Source: Octopus sinensis (taxonomy: Eukaryota). From it: DNA of 64,000 nt. Both the position numbers and the translations under genes were made by a program. This document shows positions 26,044 to 39,287 of this stretch, piece by piece (positions within the stretch are counted from its first letter, which is position 1; each line of letters starts with the position of its first letter). The stretch is from NCBI RefSeq assembly GCF_006345805.1, contig NC_043007.1, positions 64,046,001 through 64,110,000 of the forward strand, in the 5' to 3' direction. The notes beneath the pieces are model-generated. The model was not told where the DNA came from. It did not search any database and worked only from the letters and a program-made list of their open reading frames with translations.

Positions 26044-27350
26044 TAATAATAATAATAATAATAATAATGAAATTATTGTATACAGTGCTCAGGTGCACCA
26101 CAACTTGTCAGAAAGTGCATATAAAGTACATGCAGTAATGTAGAAATGTCTGGAAAGCGAACAATGTATGAATCAGATACATGCTTGTGTGTGTATGGAG
26201 GGGAGAAAATCAAGTGTAGTGTTGGCGAATCTCAGGAAGCATGGAAGTTTTGAAGGATGCAGTGCTCCGACAACTAACAACCGATGCCGGCAGTTTGTTC
26301 CATGCTTCAGCAACTCTCAGCGTGAAAAAATGTTTCCTGAAGTCATGGGAGCTGTGCTGTTTTCTTACTTTGTAAATATGTCCACGGGTGTTAGATGGGT
26401 GGAGTTTGAAAAGGTGCTCAGAGTTATTGTTTGTGCGATGGTTGATAATTTTATGGGTGTCTGCCAAGTCAGCTGCCAGACGTCGGAGTTTCAATGTGTC
26501 CATGCCCAGGGAAGTAAGGCATTCAGGATATGGCAAATACCTGATGGAGGGTATTCTTTTGGTTGCACGTCGCTGAACAGTTTCCAGACGATTGATGTCC
26601 TGGGCAAGATAGGGGTTCCAGACCGGTGATGCAAATTCCAGGTGAGGTCTTACCATAGCTATATAAAGCCGCAGATAGATAGCCGGAGAGCGGCTCACAA
26701 AGGATTTGGTGAGTGGTGCCAAGACACCCTCAGCCTTCTTGACAATTTTAGCGATGTGTTTTGTCCAACGCAAATCACTGTCAACAATAACACCCAGGTC
26801 ACGTTCACATGAAGACTTTTTGAGACTAGTGTTGTGGAGGGAGTAGGTGGACGCTGGGTTTCTCCTCCCAAAATGCATGGTGGTACATTTGTCCACAGCC
26901 AGCTTGAGTTGCCAGTCCATGATCCACTGCTGCATTGTGTCCAGGTCTGCTTGCAATAGAGATCTATAGTGTAGAGGATTTGACTTCTTTATTTCGAGGT
27001 ACAGCTTGATGTCATCTGCATATTTCAGCACTGTGGCATTCTTTAAGTTGGCATCTATGTCATTAACATATGCAACAAATAAAAGGGGGCCAAGAACAGA
27101 TCCCTGTGGTACACCAGATGTCATCTCATAGGGCGAAGAGTGCTGTCCTAGAACTGTGACAACCTCTTTTCGGCTGAAAATAAAGGACTTTAACCAGTTA
27201 TAGAGTTCGTCTCTTACACCCAACGCAGAAAGCTTCACCATAAGTCTTTTGTGTGGCACAGAGTTAAAAGCCTTAGCAAATTCCAGGTAAACAACATCCA
27301 CCCAGGATCCGCGATCAGTGATTTGGGTAACGTCCTCAAGAAACTCGATG
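26044..27350 (-). mobile_element. CR1-type LINE, 5'-truncated, with (TAT)n tail
   Basis: Open RT C-terminal ORF, ~165-nt 3' UTR and tail at 26044-26067. Confidence 0.95.
26210..27350 (-). CDS. Reverse transcriptase ORF remnant. The first ~30 aa of the track ORF (to 27442) come from flanking DNA.
   Basis: EFLEDVT...VDVVYLEFAKAFNSVPH...SGVPQGSVLGPLLF...KYADD...RDLGV...VRPHLEFASPVWNP. Confidence 0.88.
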
Positions 27351-28625
27351 TATATTAATATTGAAACAAATATATATTTATAATTATGTAATAGACTGTA
27401 ACCCCATTTGTTCAAATTTCTTTCATCCTCAGAGGTGATCAATAAAATAGATGGTTCAATGCTTTTGAATATATAATGAAGATAAGAAGGAGTTGATATC
27501 CCAAAATAGTCTCCACTTGTACTTCATAGCAAATTGTAATGGAGCCTGCAGATTAGTAATAGGAAGAACATTCAAAAGTAAAAACAGTTGCTCTGACCAA
27601 AATAAAGGTTAAGAAAAAAAAACTTTTCAAACAGAGAAAAGTTGATATAAAGACAATGAAGAAAAAGATTACTTTTCTAATAAAATCAATTTTGGTATAT
27701 AAATATAAACCAAATCCTAATGTTTAGATAATACATTTTGATAATATAGCTAAAATCTAGTGTTAATGGTCAGGACTTTACAAAACTTGAACTAATCATA
27801 GATAAAAGATGCACTGAATCAATGATGCTTCAATTACATTAATTTCAAACAAACGAACTACAAATTCTGTCATAGTGGCACCCATTGTTCCACATCCTGC
27901 AGGCCATCTTTCTCAATGCAAAAATTAGGTACCACTGTTTTATCACATGTGTTTGCTTCATTGATTATTTGAGTGTCTGCTCCAATATCTCAGAAACTAC
28001 TGGAGCTAAGGAAATCAATTTATTTTATTTTATTTTTATTTATTTATTACCAATGATTACTATACAAAATAAAGAAAAGGATTTTTCTTTCTGTTTTTCT
28101 TTTATTATTTAGATATTAAGTTCACAACCCAACTCTATTCAACATATCATATACTGGTTGAACTATGATTTATAAAATAAAAATCAATGACATAGGAATA
28201 TGTTCATATACATAAGTACATAGCAACACAGTTTAATTCCATAAATTTATTTTTGTTTGTGAACATTGTTGTTAATATTGTGTCAAATGTATGTATATTT
28301 GCATTTTTAGGTAACAGAAAATAATTCTGTTTTTTCAATAAAATATTTTAATGTCACACCAACCTCACAATATAAAGGAAACTAGCAAGTTCATTCTTAA
28401 AATTAAAAATTACATTAGAAATCTATTCCCACCTAGTAAAATTAACAAAGGAGCTACATATTTGATCAACCTGCTAAAATAACCTCCAAATCTCTCTCAA
28501 ATCACCCTCTTTTGGAAATATAATCATAGCTGCAATGCCTTAGATTATAGGTCCAATGGATCAGAGATGATCTCAAGCTAAACAACAACAACACTGACAT
28601 TAATTAACAGCTTGAAACTGTAAAT

Positions 28626-28884
28626 CAGAGGTTCTCAATTATTTTTAGCCTGTGGACCCCTTTGATTCCAATTTTACTTGGATGGACTATCATAGCCATT
28701 TGATATTTAAAAATCCTATTATATTTTTATAATTAAATATTATAAGAAGAAGGAATTGCATAAAAATATTGTAAAAATATTTTGTGTATTGTAGATGTGT
28801 AACCAATTTATTGCAGATAAATTTTAACAGCAAAATCTTATGTGGACTCCCAAGGGTCATATGGACCCCTGTTGAGAACCACTG
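28626..28884. mobile_element. hAT (Charlie-like) MITE
   Basis: TIRs cagaggttctcaa / ttgagaaccactg; 8-bp flanks ctgtaaat / gtataaat match at 6 of 8. Confidence 0.85.
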
Positions 28885-29218
28885 GTATAAATGATTAATG
28901 AATGGAATGAAAACATTCACAATTGTGTGTACTATCTTGTGAATGGTTCATAGCTTGCTGCTAGCATTATGATGTATTCATAACCAAGAATAAAACAGTA
29001 CTTCAAATCACATGTAGGCACTATGAAGGAGAATAAGCAACTGTAAGTTGCATTAATAGTGTAAAATTTAAAACTTTTACTTTCTTCTTGTACCGAGTTC
29101 ACCTCCTCCTGTAAGTCTATCATGAGTAGAGATAGGCTCTACCAACATCATTATATGAAGATTACCCACCATTTGCTCCCTCACTCTTACACTTACAAAC
29201 ATGGAGCTACCACCAGCC

Positions 29219-29268
<50 letters not shown>

Positions 29269-29346
29269 CCTACATAGGAAGACAGTAATTCTAAATAAGA
29301 ACTGACCTTGGATCATAGTAACTTGTCCAATTCATGCCAGCTTGGA

Positions 29347-29670
29347 AAATGGATATGGTTGTGTGATAAGAAGCTTACTTCCTAACAATATTGTTTGGGG
29401 TTCAGTCCCGCTGCGTGATACCAAAAGCAAATGTCTTCTACTATAGACCCGGCCAACCAAAGCATTGTGAGTGGATTTGATTGACAGAAACTGAAAGAAG
29501 CCTGTTGCACAAATGTATTTATGTGTGTGTCTTTGTGTCTGTATTTGTCCTCACCACCACTGCTTGACAACTGGTACTGGTGTGTTTAGATCCCCGTAAC
29601 TTAGCAGTTCAGCAAAAGAGATCAATATGGCCGCAATTTAATGACTGAAACAAGTAAAAGATAAAAGATA
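29347..29670 (+). mobile_element. SINE family A, near full-length
   Basis: Head, conserved core and gtaaaagataaaagata tail. Confidence 0.82.
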
Positions 29671-30614
29671 AGTGGTGATGGTGGCAGTAGCGGTGGTGGT
29701 GTGTGGCTTTCGATTTGGTCTTAACCAAATGTATGGTGATATGTGTGTCTCGTGTATGACATCTTATGTAACATCTACACTGCATACAATTCACAATCAA
29801 AATTATTTGTTGCATTTAGTTCTCTAACTCTTTTAACATACATTACATCTTCAAATCTCTCTGTTTTTCTCCCTTTACATCCAGACTGGATCTTATTCTC
29901 TCACTATCTGTAATTCATTTTACGTACACAGTATTTTATTTGACTCACTGCCATTCTTACTTTGTCTCCCTCCCTCTTCCCAGAAAGTTTTGTTGGCATC
30001 CATTACTGAAATACATGATTTTAATAGGATTTAAGTTGAAAGCTGTTGTACAGATTTTGCAATATTCACTAGAAAGATTGAGAGATATCCTTGTTGTATG
30101 TGACATGTGTAATCACTTTTTTTTCCAGCTCACTCCCCTATACAATTTGGGTCTTAATTCTAATTTTAATTAATTTATGTTTCACAACTGGTTTACTCCT
30201 CCCACAAATGAGTTGTAAAAGAAAAAAAAGAAAAACATTGATTATGCAAAAACTAGTATAACTTTTTTTTTATGTCAAAACATTTTGAATATTTATCATA
30301 TTAAAACAAAATAGCTTAAAATGAAACAAACAAAATTTTTTCAATATCAAATATATTTCATTAGGTATAGAGAATGAAGATAAAAGTGAGGAAAGAGAAA
30401 AAGAGAGAAAATAGTAATATAGAGAGGTGGAAAGAAATAGAACAAGTGAAAGAAAGAACTACGAAGAGAAAAGAGAAATAGGAAGGAAGACTGGCATGTA
30501 TGTGTGTGTGTAAGATATATAAGAGAAATATATATATTTGTAATAGAAAGATAGTTTACCTTAGGCATGTCTTATTGAAATATATACAGTAAACTAAAAG
30601 CTAAATCTTTCACT

Positions 30615-30650
<36 letters not shown>

Positions 30651-30940
30651 ATCTCCTTTCTTCAACATGAAACTGAGATATCTGAAGCAACATTAATCCA
30701 CAAATTCAGTTTAGATTTGATATATAATCAGATAATTTCTTTTAAAATAACATCTATGAATATTATTAAAAATATGAAAATACAACACACAGACTCAACA
30801 TTTCAATGACATACTTATCATAAGGAAATAGATGTATCCTTAAAATAGGACCTCTCATAAGACATATGTGAAGGCGCATAGCTCAGTATATCCTCATATA
30901 TAGAGGGTTGTTTGTGCCTCTTTATCTTGATACAGTAAAC

Positions 30941-31269
30941 AGTAAAGAACCCCTTCAATCATGAATGACCATGGAATTGCACCTAGAAAGTTCCCCTCCA
31001 AGGCACAAGTCTGGGCAAAGTTGTTTATGGAAGACCAACAGTCGCTCATGCATACCAGCCTCTCCTCTCTATGCTACTGATGTTATCCAAGGAAAATGCA
31101 AAGGTTGATACAGCTTGGCACCAGTGACGTCGCAACTCATTTCTACATCTGAGTGAACTGGAGCAATGTGAAATAAAGCATCTTGCACAAGAACACAGCC
31201 CAGTCCAGGAATCAAACTCACCATCTCATGATTGTGAGCCAGATGCTCTAACCACTGAGCCATGCACCT
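30941..31269 (-). mobile_element. tRNA-headed SINE family C (~330 bp)
   Basis: Reverse complement aligns with 33351-33680; A box TGGCTCAGTGG and B box GAGTTTGATTCC. Confidence 0.85.
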
Positions 31270-31479
31270 AATAGTTGTATACAGGTATCACTGTCATACA
31301 AGCAATATCCCTTCAATCTTCTATAAACACAAATTTAGCCTTAGGGGAATATTACCTTACTTGGCAAAAAGGAAGAGCATCCTGCTATAGAAAATCTACC
31401 TCAATGAGTTCCATCTAATCTGTAGAGGCATGGAAAAGTGGATGTTAAAATGGTGATGGGACCAGCCCTCTTGGAATTT

Positions 31480-31700
31480 TATTTTAATATTGGTTTCACA
31501 TTTTGACACAAGGCCAATAATTTTGAGGAAGCAGGTAAGTTGATTACATTGACCCCAGTGCTCAACTGGTACTATTTTATCAACCCCAAAAGATGAAAAG
31601 TAAAGCTGACCTCAGCAAAATTTGAACTAAGAACATAAAGATGGACAAAATGTTGCTAAACATTTTGCCCAGCATACTAACAATTCTGCCAGCTCACTGC
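31480..31700 (-). mobile_element. SINE family B
   Basis: Reverse complement of the family B consensus. Confidence 0.78.
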
Positions 31701-32174
31701 CTTATTTTGTATTTTAATATTGTATTTTAATATTTATTTTTATCGATATCACATGTTTTGTATATGTTTATGAACATTTGTATGTACGTGTGGATGTATG
31801 TATGTGTAAGTGTTCCAATATTATCAGCTAACTTACATTACTTGTTGCTTTGTTTACTAATGAGTTATTTGCATATGTAATTAGGATGTTGTTCTGTACC
31901 TTTTTGTTGGTTTTCATGTCCTTGAATACTGAATCATCAATAATATTTATAAAGTGTCAAAATTACTTAAACACTGAGATATAAATACAAGTCAACAGCT
32001 GCGCCATGATGAAACAAGAAATTATTGTTTAGTTTTTATCAAAGTATGGTGAGGGTGTGATTCGCTCATAAACTCATTCAGTAAATATCACCAAATAACA
32101 TATACTATTGTTAAATAATCATAGAAGGTTGAACAATAATAACATTGTGATTAAAGAAATGAAAAATAATTCTG

Positions 32175-32730
32175 TCTGGTAAGAAGTTTGCTTCCCAGCT
32201 ACATGATCCAAGATTCAGGTCTGCTGCATGGCACCTTGGGCAAGTGTCTTCTATTATAGCCTTGGGGTGGACCAAAGTCTTGTCAGTGGTTTTGATTACA
32301 GAAACTGAAAGAAACCTATTGTGAGTGTGTGTGTGTGTATTTGTTGTATTTTATTTATACAAATAGTGGTACAACTGCTACTATTAACTTTAGAGCTCCA
32401 CATTGATTATCATCATCGAGGTTGTTTTCAGTATAGTGGTTGAGCAACTACTATACTTAGTAGTATTACTAGTTATCATAAACAGAAAATGTTGGAAAAA
32501 TGACAATAAACAACCACAATGGTGAAACATATGTAGGAACTAATAAAATAAATATCATAATTTTCTCCTATATATGCATATGTTTGTGTTTGTTCCCCAC
32601 CACCACTTGACAACAAATGTTGGTTTGTTTATGTCCTTGTAACTTAGCAGTTTGGCAAAAAGAATCACAGATACAAAGCTTAGAAAAGAGAATATAAGTA
32701 CTGGGGTTGATTTGTTCAGCCAAACCCTGG
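32175..32730 (+). mobile_element. SINE family A split in two halves (32175-32345, 32575-32730)
   Basis: 5' and 3' halves separated by unrelated AT-rich DNA. Confidence 0.65.
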
Positions 32731-33350
32731 TAAAAGAGATTTACTGATTGCTATAATTGTTTAGAATGTTACAAAGAGAAAGACTGGATAGTAAACAAAA
32801 ATAATATATCAGTGAAATACAAGGGCTGATGTAATCAACCTCCTTTCTGACAAACTACTGTCCTTGTACTAAATTAGAAACATTAGTTATCCTTGCTGTT
32901 TTAATATTCATTTTTTAAAATAATTTTCATTGTCAGTATGCAAACACTTTAAAGACAAAGAATACTAGTTTAAAATGTGTCATGGTTTAGTAGCTGAGGT
33001 GATTTGGTTTATGAATGAAGCTACATCGAATAACAACTACTTGGTATGTTGTTTAACTGCAACAATCAAAACCACTTTGTCTAATTTCACAGTGATATAA
33101 AATATCTAATTATTGAACATAGAGATATGACTTGTGTGTGTGTGCGTGTGCATGTGCACATGCAAGTGCATATATCATTCGCCTATAACATCATCATCAT
33201 CATCATTTAACGTCTGCTTTCCATGCTGGCATGGGTTGGGGTGAATAATATCCTTAAGGTCAACATTTACTTTCTCTCAACCATTTTTATGCTGTCTAGC
33301 TAACCCAATTTATGACTAAATTAAATATGGTTAAGTTTATTTATAAACAA

Positions 33351-33680
33351 TGAAGGCACATGGCTCAGTGGTTAGAGTGTCGTGCTCACAATCATGAGGT
33401 AGTGAGTTCAATTCCTGGACTGGGCTCTATATTGTGTTCTTGTGCAAGACACTTTATTTCCTGTTGCTCCAGTTCATTCATCTGTAGAAAAGAATTGCAA
33501 GGTCACTGGTGCCAAGCTGTGAAGGCCTTTGCCTTTTCCTTGGATAACATCCATGGTGTGGTGAGGAGAGGCTTGTATGCATGGGTGACTGTTGGTCTTG
33601 CCTGGACTTGTGCCTTGGAGGGGAACTTTCTAGGTGCAATCCCATGGTCATTCATGACTGAAGGGGATTTTTACCCTATT
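33351..33680 (+). mobile_element. tRNA-headed SINE family C
   Basis: tgaaggcacaTGGCTCAGTGGttagag...GAGTTCAATTCC. Confidence 0.87.
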
Positions 33681-34114
33681 TAAAAACACAAGTACAACAC
33701 TACATTTTCTGATATAAAAAGAAAATTGGTTGGGTAAAAGATATGTGTTAAAAAAAATGGAAGAATAATTGCATAGTAGTATAGTTGCCTTATTTATTTA
33801 TTACTTTTGTTTTAGTTACACCAAAATAAAATATCTCAATGTAAAGAATCTGATTCTGTAAATCTTGTTATAACTGATGCAGCAGAAAAAAACTTATGAG
33901 GCTAAAAGTGGTCAAATCAGAAAGAGAATATTGTCTTCAAATAACCATATCTCTGTTATTTTAAAGGATAATTTAAGTGTAGTTAAGATTTCTTAAATCA
34001 TCTAAATGAGGAGAATCTAATACTGAAAACTTCCTGGAAATTAGTGCTATAGAAAAAAACTTATGGGGTAAAAATTGTCAACTTTGAGGTTGACCACTGG
34101 GTACAAATTGTAGT

Positions 34115-34156
<42 letters not shown>

Positions 34157-35100
34157 GCCCCCCCCCCCTCTCTCTCTGCTGGAAAGTGGTTGGCATTTAG
34201 AAGGATATCCAGCCATAAAAACCATGCTAAAGCAGGCATTAGAACATTCCTCTATTTACATAATATCGAGTTCTCTTTCATTCTTTTGTTGTTTTACCAT
34301 TTTTATCAATATATATATTATATATGTATATATATTTTATATATGTATATATTATATATATATTTCATATATATATAATATACATGTATGTATATATATA
34401 TATAATATATACATATATATATGTATATTAATTTAAATAATTTGGGAAAACGAATTTCCAAATCAATCAGGTCCAACCCAATAGTATTACACACATCTGC
34501 ATTTCGTACAGTGGGGTCTTGTTTATCATATATTTATATATTTATCTAGAAATATACAAAATATATATAATAGAAATCAAAAAAATAATTCAGTTTTGGG
34601 GATTAATAGATATTACAAAAAAATAACCTAATGAGTATATCTGAAGGTAAACTCATGGTATTTGTTTGCACATCACGAAATAATACTTTAAAGGATATAA
34701 CCAGTATACCAGCAGGGTATAAAATATACTTTTTTAATTATCTCCTACCTAAGTTAAAATTAAAATTATTAATTATGAAGGAACTATATGTGTTTCTGTA
34801 TTGGAAGGTTATAATATATATAAAGATACATACATATATATATACATATATAAATATATATATGCAATCATCATATTTACAATTCTACCAACACATCTTC
34901 AGGTTCTTTTTCAAAATATCGTTAATCTAATTTTACATCACCTCAAAATTAAGTGCTAAATTAAATATCAAAAATTTAAAATTATACTTTATAAAGTTAA
35001 GAATTATAAATTATACATTATAAGGATGAATTAGTATGCATATATCAAACTTATAAAGTCAAGTATATTATGTCAAATACAAAATATAAGATATAAAATA

Positions 35101-35147
<47 letters not shown>

Positions 35148-35266
35148 CATTTCTAAATCTCGCTAAAGGAGACTATGGCAGTGGTACTGGATATTAATAG
35201 TTATTGCCAAACTAACATGGCAGTCCAGGAAAAATGGATGAATGCTGCCGTTGATTAGCTCCAAGA

Positions 35267-35582
35267 GGCTATTGCCTCTAACTAGCTATGACACACAAAC
35301 CTGTGTCCATTATAACCTTTGAACAGGGGAAGTCAGCAGCTTCCCCTTGCTGGTTCAACATCCACAGACTAGTTTCAGGGTATTTGCCCCTTATCAATGT
35401 GGAGTAGTTGAACCCAGCAGGCATCGCTGATGACCGTCTGTTTGAAGGTTATAATAGACACTGGTTTGTGTGTCACATAGCTAGTTAGAGACGATGGCCT
35501 CCTACCAGGCAGTTATTATATACCCTGCAAGGGAGGAGGCTGGGTTGCTCTTGCAGGTTATATAACTGTCCGGTAGGAGGCC
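35267..35582. repeat. Two abutting long imperfect hairpins (35267-35499 and 35496-35582)
   Basis: ggctattgcctctaactagctatgacacacaaacc pairs with ggtttgtgtgtcacatagctagttagagacgatggcc; ggcctcctacc pairs with ggtaggaggcc. Confidence 0.9.
35361..35403 (-). ncRNA. Minimal type-I hammerhead-like motif at the hairpin tip, degenerate core
   Basis: Reverse complement reads TCCACA-TTGATAA-GGGG-CAAATA-CCCT-GAAA-CTAG-TC-TGTGGA. Two transitions from CTGATGA; 6-bp perfect stem I. Confidence 0.72.
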
Positions 35583-35634
35583 GATTCAAGGCTGAAGGGG
35601 GCCATCTGTGAGGTTATGTTGATACCTAGACGTT

Positions 35635-35675
35635 ATATCCTGAAGAACAGTATTGTACTATGAAACGAGCAATAT
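35635..35675 (+). ncRNA. Minimal hammerhead-like motif, degenerate stem III
   Basis: ATATC-CTGAAGA-ACAGTA-TTG-TACTAT-GAAA-CGAGC-AATAT. Confidence 0.55.
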
Positions 35676-35679
35676 TATT

Positions 35680-36320
35680 AGCAGATTAACCAGTTCTCAT
35701 GCCAATATAATTGCCAGTCTGTGACCAGCATCACAGAGAACATCACTAAAGAACCCAGTACCACTGCCATGGATAATGAACAAACCATAGATACAGATAG
35801 AGTGACCAAGCCCGCAATGTATGTTACCACCTGTACAAATGCTGCCCCTAGAAATACTAACCTATCCAGAACCAGCGACTTGGAGGAGGTATCCACCTCA
35901 GAAGATGACCAAATATTGATCTTCGACACTGATGGGATGACCAGCCCCACACCATATGTTGCCAGGGATGCAAATTGGACTACATCCCATGTGTGTAAAT
36001 ATATTGGTTCTGTGAGTACTTCGTTCAAGTGATGTTTTCTTAACCACCAGTCATCTTTCAGAGTCCCAGAAGGGTGGTTTGTCACGTCCTTGGCCTGCCG
36101 TGTATGGTACCTCAAAAATCCCATGTGACATCAGGTGGAAATTAATTGATCATCTGTGCCTGTATATTAATGGAAGTGGCCATTGCAGAGAGAGCCAAAA
36201 TTCTTAAGGACTATAAGGAACCTGGTGCATTAAACAGCTGTAAAGAAGTGTTTTCTAAATATATCCACTTCATGTGTTACTTACTGGAATATTGGATCTC
36301 CCCATTTGCTAGTTAAGCCT
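35680..36320 (+). mobile_element. Penelope-like element GIY-YIG endonuclease remnant
   Basis: YVARDANW...KYIGSVSTSFK*CFLNHQSSF...SLACRVWYLK...INW-like, then LCL...ERAKIL...LNSCKEVFSKYIH...YLL, the recalled PLE C-terminal pattern. Contains stops and frameshifts. Confidence 0.72.
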
Positions 36321-36538
36321 CTTCCATTCTATAAGCCCCCCCCCCTGATTCAGGGGAGATAACCTGTAATGTTTTTTTATTAAGACATATTCCTCAAGTT
36401 CTGACCGTTTCTTCACGTCTGCAATGTAGATATCTTAAATTTTGTATTTATATAGTCTGATGAGCTATCACAAGGTTTTGTTTTGTGGATCCAAAACCTT
36501 GGGTAACTCTATGTTCAAGGTATAAAATTTTTGTTGTA

Positions 36539-36584
<46 letters not shown>

Positions 36585-37574
36585 TTATACATGCACACAC
36601 TCTTTATAATTCAACTTTGGCTGAATTATTCATAGCTTCAATTATAAAATTTTTATGTATTAAAGAAAAAGTTTTTTTTAAAAACTCAAAAAATATCCAT
36701 CAAGTAATTCTAAGTGCATTTCTGTGTATGTCTGGATGTGTCAATCAGAAATCAAGTTTGTCACATCTAAAGCAGTTGCCTATCGATTTCAATAAAGTAC
36801 ATATGACCATTTATAAATTGCATTTACAAACTTACATTTTTTGTTTTTTTACAGATTTTCCATTTTCTGTGTCAGTGATTTGAAAGGAATATATAAACTG
36901 CAGTCTACTGCAACTTGTTTTAACATTATGTCAATGAGTTTAAAAGAAATTCGCAATTAACTAAGTAACGAGCTGTTGCAACTTTGCTTTGCTTTGTGAC
37001 AGCTTTGTTCATATTTCTTTTAACTGTTGAGCATAATAGCAACAGACAGATAGGAGGTGGGTAGCATTTATTCAGTTATCAATACTAGTATGGAAAGATA
37101 ATATCAAATGCAAATATGGTAAGCCCTTAGTTTATTCAGTAATGACCTCCATTTCACATGTCATAAAACACAAACCAGTAACTATCTCAATTAAACAACA
37201 TTGTATCCTAAAGTGGAGCAGATGGCGGTAATTTTCTCATTTATTTATCTATGTTTGTTATCTAAGTTTTGTTCTAGATAAATAACTGCACCAATTAACT
37301 AACTATTGTAAGTATAATTAAAAAGTAGAAGTATCAAAAATTCTACACATTTATTATATTCTGTTTGTCAAATTGTAAAATAGATGTTACACACACATAT
37401 ATACACTATTTCATACTTGAGTAGTTATATGGTAAGGTTGAAAGTATGAAACACCTGTTTTAATCATTCTTGCATTTGTCTAAGTTTGCATCACCCATGA
37501 CAGCACTTAAAATGATTTGAAAACAGTTACACAGTCAGTGACAATGTAGACAAATGGTTGATGAGAGTCATTGA

Positions 37575-38075
37575 AGCTATGTACAGGGTTGCTAACAATA
37601 GGGTATGAACCAGCTTGAGAAAGTTCAGAGAGCTATTACCTCTATTGGCAACAAAAGATCTCTCAAAATGAAAGGCTGAGTGTATGATGCTTGTGTACCA
37701 ACAGTAATGCTACATGGTAGTGAGACATGGACTATGAGAGCAGAGGACATGCAAAGACTACAAAGAAATTATGCACAATGTTAAAGTGCAGATATGCTGA
37801 GATGAAAGTGGACATAATAGAGGAAGTGAACATAATCAAATGTAGTGTGTTAGAGAGATTACATTAATATGGTCATGTGATGGACCAGGATGAGTACAGC
37901 TGCATAAAGAAGTGGTAATCACTAAACATAGATGGAACCTGTGGAAGAGAAAGATCCAGAAAGATGGACAAAATAGTGAAAACTGACCATATGATGTTGA
38001 GCCTCATGGAATACATAACAAAGAGACAAGAGGATTACTGATTTGCTGTACTTGAGAAAACACGTCAATCTCAAC
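37575..38075 (+). mobile_element. RTE-type LINE ORF2 C-terminal remnant
   Basis: KFRELLPLLATK...VYDACV.TVMLHGSETW...EDMQRL...AVLEKT. Confidence 0.85.
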
Positions 38076-38412
38076 AAAAATGAAATCCTAAAAGCAATCA
38101 TTTATGTCTCCTGCACACAGTCCATCTCTGTCAAGACTCCTCTAAATTTCATCTCCCTAACACCCATCCCTTCATCATTATGATACTATTCACTCAGTAA
38201 TAATTGTGTGAGAGCAATACTGCATGTATACCATTCCTTTATGTGCTACCAGTTATCCCTCTCCTTGGATCCATTTTTTTTTTGTCCCCCATTCCACATT
38301 TCTCCTATCATCCCATTCTATTTTCTACTGAAGACCCCTTTTCCCTGAACTACATCTTACGATGGCCATACCTCATCCTTAACACCCTCTCATATCCTAT
38401 CATTCTCAACAT

Positions 38413-38490
38413 ACTCTCATATCTAACATCAATGCCACACCACCATTGTTGACTCTCATATCTAACATCAATGCCACACCACCATTGTTG
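38413..38490. repeat. Perfect 39-bp tandem duplication
   Basis: actctcatatctaacatcaatgccacaccaccattgttg x2. Confidence 0.95.
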
Positions 38491-38981
38491 TTTGTTGCTC
38501 ATTATATCCACCCCTTTGTGCCTCTGAGCTCCATCTCTGTCACTGTACATCCTTTCCTACCCACCCACTTCTTTTTGTACTACCACTTCCTCCTCTCTGA
38601 CCAACTCCTATTTCCTTCACCTGAAAATAGAGAGAAAACAAAAACTGAAAAATATTTAGACGTTGAACATTCATGCATAAATATATAGTTAATTATATAG
38701 TAACAGATCAGATTTACACAAAGTACAAAGACACAAGAAACTAAGGTGAGAAGGTATGATATTACAGGTCCAACAGCTGTTTCTGGAGTCTCAGAATTAC
38801 ATCATAATGTTGGGAGATGTCATCATCTTCATCATTATCATTTAGCGTCCACTTTCCATGCTGGCATGGGTTAGATGGTTTGACTACAGAGCTGTATCAG
38901 GTGCCAGTCTAATTTTGGCTTGGTTTCTATTGCTGGATGCCCTATCTCTCCACCTGAAGACACGTATATGTACATACTAAT

Positions 38982-39285
38982 GTGAAGGCACATAGTCTAG
39001 TGGTTAGGATGTTACACTTACAATCACAATATTGTGGTTTCAATTTCTAGGCCAGCGGTATCTTTTGTACTTGAGCAAAACACTTCATTTTACATTGCTT
39101 CAGGCCACTTAGCTATAAATGAGTAAGCCTGTGATGGACCAACATTCTGTTCAGGGGGAACATTGGCCTGCCCACCTAGCCAGCAGCACAGTTTTCTCAT
39201 TCAAGTGCTAAAACTATGTGAGGAAGTGCATTGTGACCAGTGGTATGTAACAACCTTCTGTAGTCTGGCCAATACAATGATACAG
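38982..39285 (+). mobile_element. tRNA-headed SINE, family C-related head with different body
   Basis: tgaaggcacatagtctagtggttagg...cctgtgatggac...gttcagggg. Confidence 0.65.
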
Positions 39286-39287
39286 TT

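Noticed and set aside
26168-26629. 153-aa plus-strand ORF as a gene
   Set aside because: Antisense shadow of the CR1 RT ORF.
4926-27350. The two CR1 fragments as halves of one element split by an inversion
   Set aside because: They are complementary in content and opposite in strand, but inverting 6611-27350 would flip two XRCC3 exons relative to the first. About 60 codons are also missing between them.
3025-33680. tRNA genes at SINE heads
   Set aside because: A/B boxes are present but there is no complete cloverleaf, and each continues into a SINE body.
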